DNA of 60,697 bases, the filler included. It is 6 parts of 6 records of this genome, joined end to end, with 100 filler letters (N's around TTAATTAATTAA, not from the genome) between each part and the next. Parts side by side here need not be neighbours in the genome. Positions count along the whole stretch, not along the records: positions 28,340 to 44,950 come from SRR31156797_25840; positions 45,051 to 54,948 come from SRR31156797_25845; 4 more parts are not named here. One strand, 5' to 3'. The position numbers were made by a program, and so were the translations under genes. A model generated the notes under the pieces. That model saw only the letters and a list, made by a program, of their open reading frames with translations, had not been told where the DNA came from and did not search any database. Shown piece by piece: positions 38,060 to 48,449 of this stretch. Every line of letters starts with the position of its first letter. Positions within the stretch are counted from its first letter, which is position 1.

Positions 38060-40333
38060 TTAGGAGCAGAGTTCGCACTCCGCCCTGGGAAAGGATATTT
38101 CGAAACAGGCACCAGTGGACTCCCACGACTTGGCTGAAATATCCCCACCGTAATCACTCACGATGCCGTATGAAATGGATAAGCCAAGGCCAGTCCCCTT
38201 GCCCACGTTCTTGGTAGTGAAAAATGGTTCAAACAATCGCTCGCGAATGGATGTCGGAATACCAGACCCGGTATCACACACTTTGAAATGAACGGTTTCA
38301 TCTGTGCTGAAAGATCGAATATGAATACGCTTGTCTACATCCAAGTCCTGACCACTCCAGCGATCTTCAATGGCATCTCGAGAATTAAGCAATAAATTGA
38401 TAACCACTTGCTCCAATCTGTTGGAATCAGCCATGATCATCGGCAAATCGTCTTCCAACTCCCAAATGACCTGAATATTGTGGACGCTGAGTTGCTGACT
38501 AAAAAATTCAAAACCACGCTCCAAGACTTCATTAATCTGAACCGGCATGGTTTTCAAATCTGACTTGCGACCAAACTCCCGCATATGCTCAATGATCTTG
38601 CTGGCACGGTCCACGTGGGTAGAGATGCCTTCAGCCATTTCCTCCATAATTTCAGGATCAAAATCAGATCCATTTGTCGCCTTCCGAGACAACAGATTGC
38701 TGATGGCTTTCAAGATAGTAAGCGGCTGATTCAACTCATGGGCCACACCAGTAGACATTTCACCCAACGTCGTCATTTTACTCGCCTGAATAAGCTGTTG
38801 TTCAGCCTCCATCTTCTTAGTCACATCAGTACAAGTAATGATAAGCGTATCAATCTCCTCAAACCGGGCCGGTGAAATGCGCAAAGACGCAAAAATAGGC
38901 TGATCAGACTTGGTCACGTGCGTGCACAGCTCGATTTCCGACCATGTCCGCAAAGCCGGCTCCCAATCCGTAGCCTCTTCCTCTCGGAAAAACTGCATGA
39001 AGGATCGCCCGGTCATTTCCTCTCGACTCCAGCCGTACACCGCCTCTGCCGCCTCATTGCAATTAAGAATTTCAAGGTTGTCACGATCCAACACGAATAC
39101 GGCATTGGGGATAGAATCAAAAATGGCATGATAACGATGTTCGGATGCAGCCAGCTTGTGCTCCAACTCCTTACGCCGAGTGATGTCGATCATCATTTCC
39201 ATGGCAGCCACGACTTTACCCTGCTTATCCCGCACCGGCGAAGTGTACACAATCCAATGAATGGGCTTGCCTTCCTTGGACAATCCCTCTTCTTCGCTCA
39301 TGTGAGAAAATCCGTCGATAAAAGTACGATCAACGGGACACTCTTCGCACTTTTCAAGCCGCCCCTTGTTAATCTGCCAACACCGTTTGCCCATAGGCAA
39401 ACCAAAATGTCGTTCATACTCATTGTTATGACGAATAACCCGGTAATCGAGATCGACAACACTGACCAAACAGGGAACATTGTCGAACAAATTACGAAAT
39501 TCCTCACGCTGTTCCATGAGTTCCCGATGTTTGTCGGAAACGCGTTGCCCCATTAGGTTGAATGCCTCGCCCAAGGTACCAATCTCATCCACCTGCTCAA
39601 TCTCGATAGCAGTGAAAGTCTCATCAGACTTATACCCACGAGTAGCGATAATAAACCGTTTGATAGGCCTGAATATGAATCGATAGGTAAAGAAGAACAA
39701 AGCGATAAACGTCGCTATGAAAACGACCACGGAAATAGTAATATTTGCTCGCTCAAACATGGCTATAGTGGCGTTCTTCTTCCCCATAGTCACGGTCACA
39801 TCCAAAAGCCCAAGAACCTGCTCTTCCTTTTTATGAACATGACAAGGGCCGGGAGAACACCCCTCTGAATTGGGGATAGGCGTCATGATGGACATAAGCT
39901 GCTCGCCCTCTCCATCAATCATCCGTGTCCGTTGCTTCAAAGGCATGGTCGGCGGTGTCGGCGTATATTGATGACACGTCCAGCATGAAGGCGACTCAAC
40001 CTCAATGACAGTCCCAATTTCTTCCGGGATATTGGAAAAAACTATCTTACCGGCCTTGTTGTGTACCCGAATACTGCGAATATCTTCCTGTTTGCTGATG
40101 TTCTTGATGTTTTCTTCGATATCTTCTTCAGAATCCAACATCATGGCATAGTGAAGGGCAAGCATGATGGTATCAGACACCAGCTCAATGTCAGACATGG
40201 CATTAGAGACGACGTGACGTCTAAAATGATAGATATTGAAGCACGACCAAAGAATGACACACAAAAGCAGCGTGACACCTCCAAAAAGTATCAGCTTGGC
40301 AATCAGGCTTTCGCGAAATCTCTTGAACAGCAC
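38060..40333 (-). CDS. Membrane sensor histidine kinase with periplasmic heme-c motifs, HAMP, two PAS, HisKA/HATPase
   Basis: Two TMs; periplasmic CWTCH and [38 protein letters not shown]. Confidence 0.9.
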   Translation of the reverse strand: MLFKRFRESLIAKLILFGGVTLLLCVILWSCFNIYHFRRHVVSNAMSDIELVSDTIMLALHYAMMLDSEEDIEENIKNISKQEDIRSIRVHNKAGKIVFSNIPEEIGTVIEVESPSCWTCHQYTPTPPTMPLKQRTRMIDGEGEQLMSIMTPIPNSEGCSPGPCHVHKKEEQVLGLLDVTVTMGKKNATIAMFERANITISVVVFIATFIALFFFTYRFIFRPIKRFIIATRGYKSDETFTAIEIEQVDEIGTLGEAFNLMGQRVSDKHRELMEQREEFRNLFDNVPCLVSVVDLDYRVIRHNNEYERHFGLPMGKRCWQINKGRLEKCEECPVDRTFIDGFSHMSEEEGLSKEGKPIHWIVYTSPVRDKQGKVVAAMEMMIDITRRKELEHKLAASEHRYHAIFDSIPNAVFVLDRDNLEILNCNEAAEAVYGWSREEMTGRSFMQFFREEEATDWEPALRTWSEIELCTHVTKSDQPIFASLRISPARFEEIDTLIITCTDVTKKMEAEQQLIQASKMTTLGEMSTGVAHELNQPLTILKAISNLLSRKATNGSDFDPEIMEEMAEGISTHVDRASKIIEHMREFGRKSDLKTMPVQINEVLERGFEFFSQQLSVHNIQVIWELEDDLPMIMADSNRLEQVVINLLLNSRDAIEDRWSGQDLDVDKRIHIRSFSTDETVHFKVCDTGSGIPTSIRERLFEPFFTTKNVGKGTGLGLSISYGIVSDYGGDISAKSWESTGACFEISFPRAECELCS

Positions 40334-40373
40334 TACGCCTCCCTCATGGCATGCCGTTTGACCGCTTTGACGG

Positions 40374-40814
40374 TTATTCTTTTGGTGGGGGATTTTGCGG
40401 ACACAAGTATGCGTCCTTCATGAGATCGGCCAGAGAAAAGGAGTCGAGCATCTTGTACATGGCCATACTGGCATCGTCCCATATGGATCGCTTCAAACAG
40501 ACCGCCGCACGAGGACAAGTGGAGACATCCCCATCGCATCCAAGAACCTGTTCTTCGCCATCAAGGATACGTGCGACTTCACCAATAGAGATGTCTTCCG
40601 GCTTCCGGACCAAAACATTACCGCCGTTTGGTCCACGCTTCCCCACGACGTACCCTTCTTGTTTAAGCATCTTGATAAGCTTTTCAAGATACTTAAGCGA
40701 TAGCCCTTCGCGAGCTGCGGTGTCTTTACTTGGCACAGGCTTTCCTTCTCCGGAATGCAAGGCAATATCCAGTAGCAATCGTGTGCCGTATCTGCTGCGT
40801 GTGGTCAATTTCAT
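40374..40814 (-). CDS. Rrf2-family transcriptional regulator with three Cys
   Basis: MKLTTRSRYG, YLEKL, RGPNGG, C-x6-C-x5-C. Confidence 0.93.
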   Translation of the reverse strand: MKLTTRSRYGTRLLLDIALHSGEGKPVPSKDTAAREGLSLKYLEKLIKMLKQEGYVVGKRGPNGGNVLVRKPEDISIGEVARILDGEEQVLGCDGDVSTCPRAAVCLKRSIWDDASMAMYKMLDSFSLADLMKDAYLCPQNPPPKE

Positions 40815-40920
40815 AAATATTTATCTCGTGGCGAATGCATGTTGAGTGCTGGAACGCCTAAAAAACATAGCAGAATCCATCAGACAATCAAACGCCCCTG
40901 ATATGACGTATTCCGTTGAA

Positions 40921-42843
40921 TCAATCGTCTGTTTTCAACGGCAGGGTAACAATAAATTTCGACCCCTTGTCAGGTGAAGAATCCACTTCGATTGAGCCGC
41001 CGTGCTGCTCAATGGTCTGATTTGAAATGAACAGCCCGATGCCGGTCCCGCGCTTGCCTTTGGACGAAAAAAACAGGGTAAATATCTTTTCCCGTGTCTC
41101 CTGATCCATCCCCATACCGTTGTCGGCCACGGAAATAATCAGATTGTCACCATTACGGACAGCGGAAAAATCAAGTCGCCCGCCTCCGTCAACATTTCGC
41201 CCTTCACACGCATCCACGCCGTTTTCAAGAAAATTGACGAGCGCCGCAGACATGGCCGCACTATCAAGCTTCAACTCACCCAAACGGTCTGGTATGTCAC
41301 AAAAAAATCTCACGCCAGAAGCTTCAGCCTTGGCCCCAGCTATCTCTGCTGTCTCCTTCAAGAAAGAAGAAGCATCCAGGACTTCAGTCTCCAACTCACG
41401 GGACTTGGCATAATACAAAATATCAAGAACCATCTTCTTGACCCTGCCGATCATGGACTTGAGGACTCGGGTTGCGTCTTTGACGCGCACTTCATCATTT
41501 CTCTTCAGCCCTGATTCAAGTCTGTAAATACCACCATCAAGTGATGTTAGCATCCCCTTAACCCCGTGCGACATGGAGCCAAGCATGATACCAAGCGAGG
41601 TCAGATGATCCTGCAACCGACGAATCTCTGTAATATCAGTGGACATTTCCATGGCCTGCACAATCTCACCGGCCGCATCATAAATGGGTGCAGATTGAAC
41701 AAGCATGTTCTTTTGTTCGCCGGACAGTGTCGTTACAACGGTTTCCCGCTGACGAGTTTTGCCGTCAGCAAACGTTTTACGCACCAAACAATCAGAACAC
41801 GGTTCACTACGATGCTTGTAGCTGTCAAAACAATGCCTGCCGACCGATTGCCCGAAGTCTCTCTTGAAAAGATGATTCGCCTCGGCAATTGAAAGATCAG
41901 GATTTTGCACGGTTATATAACAGGGAGCGTCATTAAAGACGCGCTGATACTTATATTGAGTGGTGAGCAATTCGTCCTTGAGTCGTTTCAGCTCGGTCAT
42001 GTCCACCGAAATATCCAACACCAACTCAATTTCACCGTCATTGTTGGGCAAAGGAGCAGTATAGACTGTGACAGGAATTTCCTCCCCGTCCTTGCCAAGA
42101 AAATTTTCCTTACTCCGCTGGCCCTTCCCGGTATCGAAAGTTTTCTGCACAGGACAGGCGTTGCCCGGAGAATCCCGATCCGAATAGATATCAAAACTGT
42201 TGTTACCAACCTGATTGCCCAGTCGTTCTTCAAACAAGGTATTGTGGGCTACGATTTCGAGATATCTGTTATGAATGGAAACAAGGCATGGAAGCTCATT
42301 AAACAAACCGGAGCCGGTTTCGACTTCCTGAGCCGCATTGGACAAGGCCGAGGACAATCCCTCCACTACCTGCGAAGCAGCATTTTGCCGTTCCAGCTCA
42401 ATGATACGCCGAGTCTTTTCCTCGACCAATTTTTCCAGATTTTCCGTATGTTCCCGCAACTGCCGCTTCATGTTGAAACGCGCACGGGCACGCTCAAGCG
42501 AAACTTCAAGAACACCATTATTGATAGGCTTGGTAATGAAGTCCGAAGCATCAAATTTAAGCGATTCAATCGCTAAATCCAAATCGCCATGACCGGTGAT
42601 CATAATCACCTCGGTATCCGGGGACTGTGCCTTGATGCTCTTGAGCAACTCAATACCGTCCATGACAGGCATTTTTATATCTGTAAAAACGATATCAGGC
42701 CTGAATTCTTCGAAAAGCTCCAGAGCCTCTCGGCCATTGGCGGCCGTTTTAACCTCGTATCCAAGCTCCTCGAAAGAGAGACCAAGGAAGCGTCGAACTC
42801 CCTCCTCATCATCCACGAGCATCAATTTCCTGAAGTCCATCAT
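40921..42843 (-). CDS. Cytoplasmic hybrid kinase: receiver, two PAS, kinase
   Basis: LVDDE, TDIKMP, ITGHG, FITKP; SMSHGVKG H-box; GTGIGL. Confidence 0.9.
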   Translation of the reverse strand: MMDFRKLMLVDDEEGVRRFLGLSFEELGYEVKTAANGREALELFEEFRPDIVFTDIKMPVMDGIELLKSIKAQSPDTEVIMITGHGDLDLAIESLKFDASDFITKPINNGVLEVSLERARARFNMKRQLREHTENLEKLVEEKTRRIIELERQNAASQVVEGLSSALSNAAQEVETGSGLFNELPCLVSIHNRYLEIVAHNTLFEERLGNQVGNNSFDIYSDRDSPGNACPVQKTFDTGKGQRSKENFLGKDGEEIPVTVYTAPLPNNDGEIELVLDISVDMTELKRLKDELLTTQYKYQRVFNDAPCYITVQNPDLSIAEANHLFKRDFGQSVGRHCFDSYKHRSEPCSDCLVRKTFADGKTRQRETVVTTLSGEQKNMLVQSAPIYDAAGEIVQAMEMSTDITEIRRLQDHLTSLGIMLGSMSHGVKGMLTSLDGGIYRLESGLKRNDEVRVKDATRVLKSMIGRVKKMVLDILYYAKSRELETEVLDASSFLKETAEIAGAKAEASGVRFFCDIPDRLGELKLDSAAMSAALVNFLENGVDACEGRNVDGGGRLDFSAVRNGDNLIISVADNGMGMDQETREKIFTLFFSSKGKRGTGIGLFISNQTIEQHGGSIEVDSSPDKGSKFIVTLPLKTDD

Positions 42844-42925
42844 ACCCCCGGTATGCCGATCACAATCCAACCACCCCCGGCTATATGCAATCATTACGGC
42901 ACCCTTGAACCGTCAACTATCGTTG

Positions 42926-43288
42926 TCAGAATTCGTCGCCCAACGCCTCGTGCACTATCTGAATCACATCGGCTGGATCAAAAGGCTTCTTGATGGTCGC
43001 CACAGCCCGCCGAATAGCCAGATGTATCCCGGACAATCCACTGATGACTATCACCGGGATATCCGAGAATTCCTCTTCACTTGTCAACCGACGGTAAAAC
43101 CTGGGACCCCACTCATGAGGCATTTCAATATCGAGCGTTATGAGGTCGGGCTTCTCAGCCTTCGCCACATCATACGCCGATATCCCGTCGGAAGCGCGGC
43201 AGGTGTCGTATCCGTGATCTTCGAACACGTTGATGAGGTAGTCGACGATATCTGGATCGTCATCCACCACCATAATTTTCTTTGGCAT
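42926..43288 (-). CDS. Single-domain response regulator (DVU0259-like)
   Basis: VVDDD, LDIEMPHEWGPRFYR, KPF; start ATG 43288. Confidence 0.9.
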   Translation of the reverse strand: MPKKIMVVDDDPDIVDYLINVFEDHGYDTCRASDGISAYDVAKAEKPDLITLDIEMPHEWGPRFYRRLTSEEEFSDIPVIVISGLSGIHLAIRRAVATIKKPFDPADVIQIVHEALGDEF

Positions 43289-43374
43289 TCGTTCTACCTG
43301 TTGTTCAAGGTATTGAGTTTCCCGCAACCCTTTGAACGTACACTCAACCCGCACACTTGTTCAAGCATGAATAT

Positions 43375-43407
43375 CCGACCCACGGACTATGAAAATCCGC
43401 GGGTCGG
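43375..43407 (-). other. Intergenic stem-loop between the two receivers
   Basis: CCGACCCGCGGA / TCCGTGGGTCGG on the minus strand, 12-bp stem with one imperfect pair. Confidence 0.5.
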
Positions 43408-43427
43408 CATGCCCCCACACCTACATT

Positions 43428-43781
43428 TTAGCCGATTGCGTCTTTGACGATCTTCAGCAATTGAGCAGGTTCAAAAGGTTTCGTAAGGCTTGCGATCGCT
43501 TTGGGAATAGCGTATTTGATCGAGTTGAGCCCGCTGATCACTACAACGGGGGTACGCTTAAGCGCCTCGTCCTGGCTGATCTTGCGGTAAAATCTGGGAC
43601 CCCACTCGTTGGGCATTTCCAGATCAAGAGTAATGAGATCAGGCTTTTCCTGCTTTGCAATCTCAACAGCTTCGGAACCATCTACGGCAGTCACGGTTTC
43701 ATAACCGTTGTCGCTGAGAAGTTCGGACAAATAAGAACGGATTTCCTTGTCGTCATCAACGATGAGAATCTTCTTGGACAT
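43428..43781 (-). CDS. Single-domain response regulator (DVU0259-like), paralog
   Basis: IVDDD, LDLEMPNEWGPRFYR, KPF; start ATG 43781. Confidence 0.9.
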   Translation of the reverse strand: MSKKILIVDDDKEIRSYLSELLSDNGYETVTAVDGSEAVEIAKQEKPDLITLDLEMPNEWGPRFYRKISQDEALKRTPVVVISGLNSIKYAIPKAIASLTKPFEPAQLLKIVKDAIG

Positions 43782-43827
43782 AACAACCCTCCTGGTACGC
43801 ATGAATCATATTTTGATTCTTGACTTT

Positions 43828-43860
43828 GCCGCAGTCGCTCCCGCCAAGGCCGACTGCGGC
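43828..43860. other. Intergenic stem-loop after the USP gene
   Basis: GCCGCAGTCG / CGACTGCGGC perfect 10-bp stem. Confidence 0.5.
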
Positions 43861-43910
43861 ATTAATATTTGAGCGTCCGGCCCAGCGAGAGCCGGACGCA
43901 TTTCACACTT

Positions 43911-44804
43911 TTATACTTTGTCCGGCTTGCTGACGCTGACCACAGGACAACCGGCACGCAGGATAACCTGCTCCATGGTGGAACCGATACGAGCCTTTTC
44001 AGGGTCCAGTTCGCGGCTGTGGTGTGCCATAACAATAAGGTCGGCAGACCGCTCACGAGCCATCTTGACGATCTCCACATATGGGACACCTTCCCAAACC
44101 TCGACGTCGAAGTTCTTGAAATCGCCCATCTGCGAAACATACGTATCGCGGATACGCTTACGCGTTGCGATGAGATCGTCTTCAATGGAGTTCTGATCCA
44201 GCACCTTACCGCTGATATCCAGCGCATGCAGAAGCGTCAGGTCGCAGTCCAACTCCTTGGCAGAAGCCAAAGCGAACTTAAACGCGTTCTCCGCCTGCTT
44301 GGAGAAGTCAGTAGCAAAGACAATATTACCGAAACCGCCCCAGTAGGACGCGGTCTCGCGGTGCACGGTCATCACCGGACAACGGGCTGCTTTAGCAACA
44401 CGTTGCAAGGTGGAACCAGGGTAACCTTTGCGGTAGGCAGAAGATTCACCGGAACTTGCACCCATGACGATCAAATCCACATCTTCGTCCCGAGCAGCAC
44501 GAAGAATCTCGCGATGCGGCACGCCGGTGGTCAGGATCATCTTGGAGAATTCCACGCTCTCAATCTGCTTTGCAAAGGTGTTTTTCAACTCCTCCTCAAC
44601 CCAGGAACGGTATTCGTCGTCAACCTCAATCTTCTCACCGGTACGGACGTCGTTGACTTCCTGAGAGAAGGCCTTGGTGGGCACCCCCATGACGTTGAAG
44701 ACTATGACCTCTGCGTCGTAACGCTTGGCCATGTCGAAAGCGACACGGGCGGCGCCGAAGGTGGACGGAGCACCGCTGGTAGCCAGTAGAATCTTTTTGA
44801 ACAT
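43911..44804 (-). CDS. Tandem-domain universal stress protein
   Basis: MFKKILLAT...DLIVMG...CPV, then IVFATDFS...DLIVMAH...GST...CPV. Confidence 0.92.
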   Translation of the reverse strand: MFKKILLATSGAPSTFGAARVAFDMAKRYDAEVIVFNVMGVPTKAFSQEVNDVRTGEKIEVDDEYRSWVEEELKNTFAKQIESVEFSKMILTTGVPHREILRAARDEDVDLIVMGASSGESSAYRKGYPGSTLQRVAKAARCPVMTVHRETASYWGGFGNIVFATDFSKQAENAFKFALASAKELDCDLTLLHALDISGKVLDQNSIEDDLIATRKRIRDTYVSQMGDFKNFDVEVWEGVPYVEIVKMARERSADLIVMAHHSRELDPEKARIGSTMEQVILRAGCPVVSVSKPDKV

Positions 44805-44823
44805 ATTTCACCTCGTCCTTTGG

Positions 44824-44950
44824 TTACTCGTCCTTGGGCAGCAGATGTTCGGGAACATCCAGCATATTGATCACCAACGGTTTGAGGAAGGACCAGCGGA
44901 TGCCGATTTCATACTCTTCCTCAAGGTCACGGATGGCGTCCCAGCAGTTA
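44824..44950 (-). CDS. C-terminal fragment of a CCG-domain Fe-S protein (HmcF/TmcB-like)
   Basis: [41 protein letters not shown]; resembles the end of HmcF as I recall it, and the context (USP, receivers, Rrf2) fits hmc/tmc operons. Confidence 0.6.
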
Positions 44951-45050
44951 NNNNNNNNNNNNNNNNNNNNNNNNNNNNNNNNNNNNNNNNNNNNTTAATT
45001 AATTAANNNNNNNNNNNNNNNNNNNNNNNNNNNNNNNNNNNNNNNNNNNN
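44951..45050. other. Artificial contig spacer
   Basis: Ns around TTAATTAATTAA. Confidence 0.98.
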
Positions 45051-45078
45051 CTAAGTCAATTCCGATAATTTTTCCCAT
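45051..45078 (-). CDS. dnaK: First nine codons of chaperone DnaK
   Basis: ATG GGA AAA ATT ATC GGA ATT GAC TTA G = MGKIIGIDL(G). Confidence 0.85.
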
Positions 45079-45127
45079 TGCTATATTTTTAAGTTTTTAT
45101 TTTCTAAAAATTTACGTCTGCCAATAA

Positions 45128-45142
45128 TCAATGATTGTGCCA
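45128..45142 (-). promoter_or_regulatory. Sigma54-like promoter upstream of dnaK
   Basis: Minus strand TGGCAC-AATCA-TTGA. Confidence 0.5.
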
Positions 45143-45354
45143 TAGGAAATTCGCAGAAAATGATGTCAGAACTGACATGATTTTTTATTTTTTGAAGGAC
45201 AAGGCTGTCAAAAGTGGTGACAAAACGACAGAAGAAAGGAGGGGATTGAACGGATGATGGATGAATAAGAAAGGATTAGTATTAAGGATTAAGAAAAAAA
45301 GTTCGGCGGGTGACAATTGATCGCCTTGGATAGTCGCCCGCTGAACGGAATTAT

Positions 45355-46710
45355 TTAAAAGATGGCGTAGTTAATACCTAAATTGTACCAGAATGAGCTA
45401 GATTTATCATTTGCCACATCCTCATTAAGAATTCCAAATGCACTAGCATCATAAGACACTGCAGCCGTAAGCCTCAGCCGCTCTGAAATATAATAGTAAG
45501 CAGAAGTGGCTATATCCCAACTATACCGATACCTTTCATCATCCAGTAATTTATCACTACTGGTATTTCCCAAACTCACTTGTCCTCCCAGAGAAACCCT
45601 GGTACGAGTGTTTGGGTAAAAACCTAAATCAGCGCTGACATAAGCATTACACTGATGCTTGTAATCAAAATAATCGCCTCCTTCTTCACTCAATACATCA
45701 GTATAGCTATGATCAATACCAAAATCATAATCAGACTGCCATTTTATTGATAGTGGTTTTCGAATCTTATAGGTTATATAGCTATTAAACGAAAATGTTT
45801 TTACTTTAAAAAGGTCTGTATCATCTTCATTTTTTTGATAAAAATATCCTGGTCTTGATAAGATTTTTAACTGATTTCCACTTTCTCTGGTTTGTTGAGA
45901 TCCAAAATCCCAAATATCTTCAAGCCCAACAAAATAATCAATCCCCTTGGTTTCGTCTACAACATCATTTGCAACTAAAAAAGAATCTACTGCCGTTAGA
46001 TCAGCAATTTTTCTTTTTCTGGCATCAAATACCCGCTTGTTCTTCAGTTCTGAAATTAAGCTGGTAAGATTAAATACTTCTTGTTCTGTAAGTATTCGCT
46101 TCGCCACTCCCCTTTTTTCAAGTTCCTGTAGTAATAGTACTGATTGTCTGAAATCCTGGACCTGTTCAATTCTTCCTTTTCCTCCACCTACTCCCAGTTT
46201 CCCTGAAAAATAGGTTGATTTGGTTTTTTCATCTTCAATTCTATCCTTCTTGCTCCCATAGTTAACATAAGCGCTAGGCCTGAAAGCAAGAAACCAATTC
46301 TTACTACCCGGAAAGTATAAAACATTAAATGTTGCAGTGCTGTAATTATACAGGTCAGAAGTTTTTTCCCGGCTATCTTCTGCTTCTATGTAGCTTTTAA
46401 ACATATTAACGCACTGATAGGTTCTGGCAAAAGCTTCTAACTGAAGTTTCTCCGAGTTTTTATAAAAAGAATAAGAGAGGTTTCCATTGCAATTGAACCG
46501 TTTTGTGCTATTCTCATATGCTTTAGCAACAGAATTATACCAGCCAATGTCATCATTGTTTTCACTTACACCATATGATCCAAATGAGACATCCAGCTTA
46601 TGCCGCGTTATATCCGGCAGTTTATACTTCGATAAATCAAGGTTTTCGTACTGAGCAAATGAAAAATAAGAGCTTAAAAAAAGTACAAGGATTAAATAAA
46701 AAAATTTCAT
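45355..46710 (-). CDS. Putative outer-membrane beta-barrel protein
   Basis: Signal peptide, alternating aromatic beta-strand pattern, C-terminal YNLGINYAIF. Confidence 0.75.
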   Translation of the reverse strand: MKFFYLILVLFLSSYFSFAQYENLDLSKYKLPDITRHKLDVSFGSYGVSENNDDIGWYNSVAKAYENSTKRFNCNGNLSYSFYKNSEKLQLEAFARTYQCVNMFKSYIEAEDSREKTSDLYNYSTATFNVLYFPGSKNWFLAFRPSAYVNYGSKKDRIEDEKTKSTYFSGKLGVGGGKGRIEQVQDFRQSVLLLQELEKRGVAKRILTEQEVFNLTSLISELKNKRVFDARKRKIADLTAVDSFLVANDVVDETKGIDYFVGLEDIWDFGSQQTRESGNQLKILSRPGYFYQKNEDDTDLFKVKTFSFNSYITYKIRKPLSIKWQSDYDFGIDHSYTDVLSEEGGDYFDYKHQCNAYVSADLGFYPNTRTRVSLGGQVSLGNTSSDKLLDDERYRYSWDIATSAYYYISERLRLTAAVSYDASAFGILNEDVANDKSSSFWYNLGINYAIF

Positions 46711-46934
46711 GACTTTGGGTTATTATTGTTAATACCAACCCAAAACCAATTTCCATGCCACTTAACAAAAATAATATTACAATATTATTACACTTCCAAA
46801 GAGAGTCATTTTAAATACTTACAGCCAGGTTCTTAATCAACCCCTTAGTTTGTAATTTTATTAAGTAAGTAGTACTGAGAAACCATGGCAATAATCCATT
46901 GAAATATTACCAGATTACAGGATAATGATATGAT

Positions 46935-48281
46935 CTAATATTTGCTCCTGTAAATTGCCAGCGAGAATTCAGGTCCCGGAATCACAAATTGGTCTCCATC
47001 GGCAATACGCCAGGCAAAATCAAGTTTTAATCGAGCTCGTGAATTCAGTTGTGAGAAATACCCCACATAAGGAATCAGGTTGTGGCTTAGTGTTCCAATA
47101 TCGCTAAAGTTATTTAATTCGATACCGGGAATATATCGTACTCCAAAATCGATTTGCGTTTTCAAATTTGGATAATAACTCCACCCCATGTTTATTTCTG
47201 CAATTGCCCAATCGCGACTCACACTATTGTTGCTTAGTCCATTATCGGAGAATTCAATATCGGTTTTTGTATAACGATTATAATTCAACCCGGCAGAGAT
47301 ATTTCTATTCCAATGGACACTCACATATTTAGCATTATCATATTGAATGTATCCACCATATAAAAAGTCAGGTTCCTGGTTATAATATTCAAAATGCGGC
47401 CCAAGCTCGAAACGATTTCCCTGGTACCTGGGATCAAATTCGCCAAACTGCCATTCTGCAACCATCGATTCGGGTGATTCTAACATTAAAACAGTTCGAA
47501 TAAAACCAATAATGGCTCCCATCTCTTTTTCTGGCACACGACCCGATTTATAATCCCTACTATGTTTTATGTTTGCAATTACCTGGGCGAATTGAGCAAT
47601 TTCGTAGTCAGAAAAAATACGCCCCGGATAATATTTTTCCAATAAATAATGGGCTGTCATCAAATGGTTCATCGGACTCAACCGTCCCGATCCCCAACCA
47701 ACTCTTGCATTGATACCATAACGCAACCTGTCTTTCGTATCACTTTCATCAACCGGAGTTGTAGTTCCTAAGGAATCGGTACTTGTTCCATCAAGGTTCT
47801 GTTTAAATAAATCGAACCGTCCCCAGGCACTTACATCAAAAACCGTGTAGCTTTTTGCATCGTAATAATAACGGTATAAATAATCAATATTGGCAGATGT
47901 TCGAAGTCCATAAAAATCCTGATCTGCCTGAATATATTCCACTTTTGAACTATCAACCCAATCGCCATAACCACCAAAGGGTCCAAGTTCAATATTCCAT
48001 TTTAAACGTTCTTGTTTATAATCAAGTAAATTCCAGGAACTACTCTCAATTCTATATTTCCCATTCAAAAGTGTGCGTTCCTCATTAAAACGAGTATCAT
48101 CAGAAAGTAACTCTTCCCGCTCCTTACTTACATTAAACACAAAACCATTTGTTAATTCTCGTTTTTTAAATGAAACCACTTCGTTACCAATTGTATTATC
48201 TTGTGCAACTATTTTGGAATCTGGTGAAAGCAGAAGTACCATTACGATCAATCCCACCAAAATATAAATGTGTATACTCAT
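46935..48281 (-). CDS. Putative outer-membrane protein, paralog of the downstream gene
   Basis: Signal peptide; VGWGSGRL...LLEK...FSDYEIAQFAQVIANIKHSR aligns with VGGGKGRI...LEK...LTEQEVFNLTSLISELKNKR. Confidence 0.7.
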   Translation of the reverse strand: MSIHIYILVGLIVMVLLLSPDSKIVAQDNTIGNEVVSFKKRELTNGFVFNVSKEREELLSDDTRFNEERTLLNGKYRIESSSWNLLDYKQERLKWNIELGPFGGYGDWVDSSKVEYIQADQDFYGLRTSANIDYLYRYYYDAKSYTVFDVSAWGRFDLFKQNLDGTSTDSLGTTTPVDESDTKDRLRYGINARVGWGSGRLSPMNHLMTAHYLLEKYYPGRIFSDYEIAQFAQVIANIKHSRDYKSGRVPEKEMGAIIGFIRTVLMLESPESMVAEWQFGEFDPRYQGNRFELGPHFEYYNQEPDFLYGGYIQYDNAKYVSVHWNRNISAGLNYNRYTKTDIEFSDNGLSNNSVSRDWAIAEINMGWSYYPNLKTQIDFGVRYIPGIELNNFSDIGTLSHNLIPYVGYFSQLNSRARLKLDFAWRIADGDQFVIPGPEFSLAIYRSKY

Positions 48282-48392
48282 TTTCAGACTTTGAAATTGC
48301 CACAAAGAAAGTAAACCTTCTGAAAACAATTGGCAATCTGCGGTTAAATAAAGTTAATCGTTCAGGTTTTCATCACCTAAAAATGTGATGGT

Positions 48393-48424
48393 TTTGGGCA
48401 AAATAAAAGGTTTGGTTAGCTTTG
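48393..48424 (+). promoter_or_regulatory. Bacteroidota housekeeping promoter of panB
   Basis: TTTG (48393-48396), 20 nt, TAGCTTTG (48417-48424) = -33/-7 consensus. Confidence 0.7.
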
Positions 48425-48449
48425 CATTGCAAATTGAATACAAACTATT

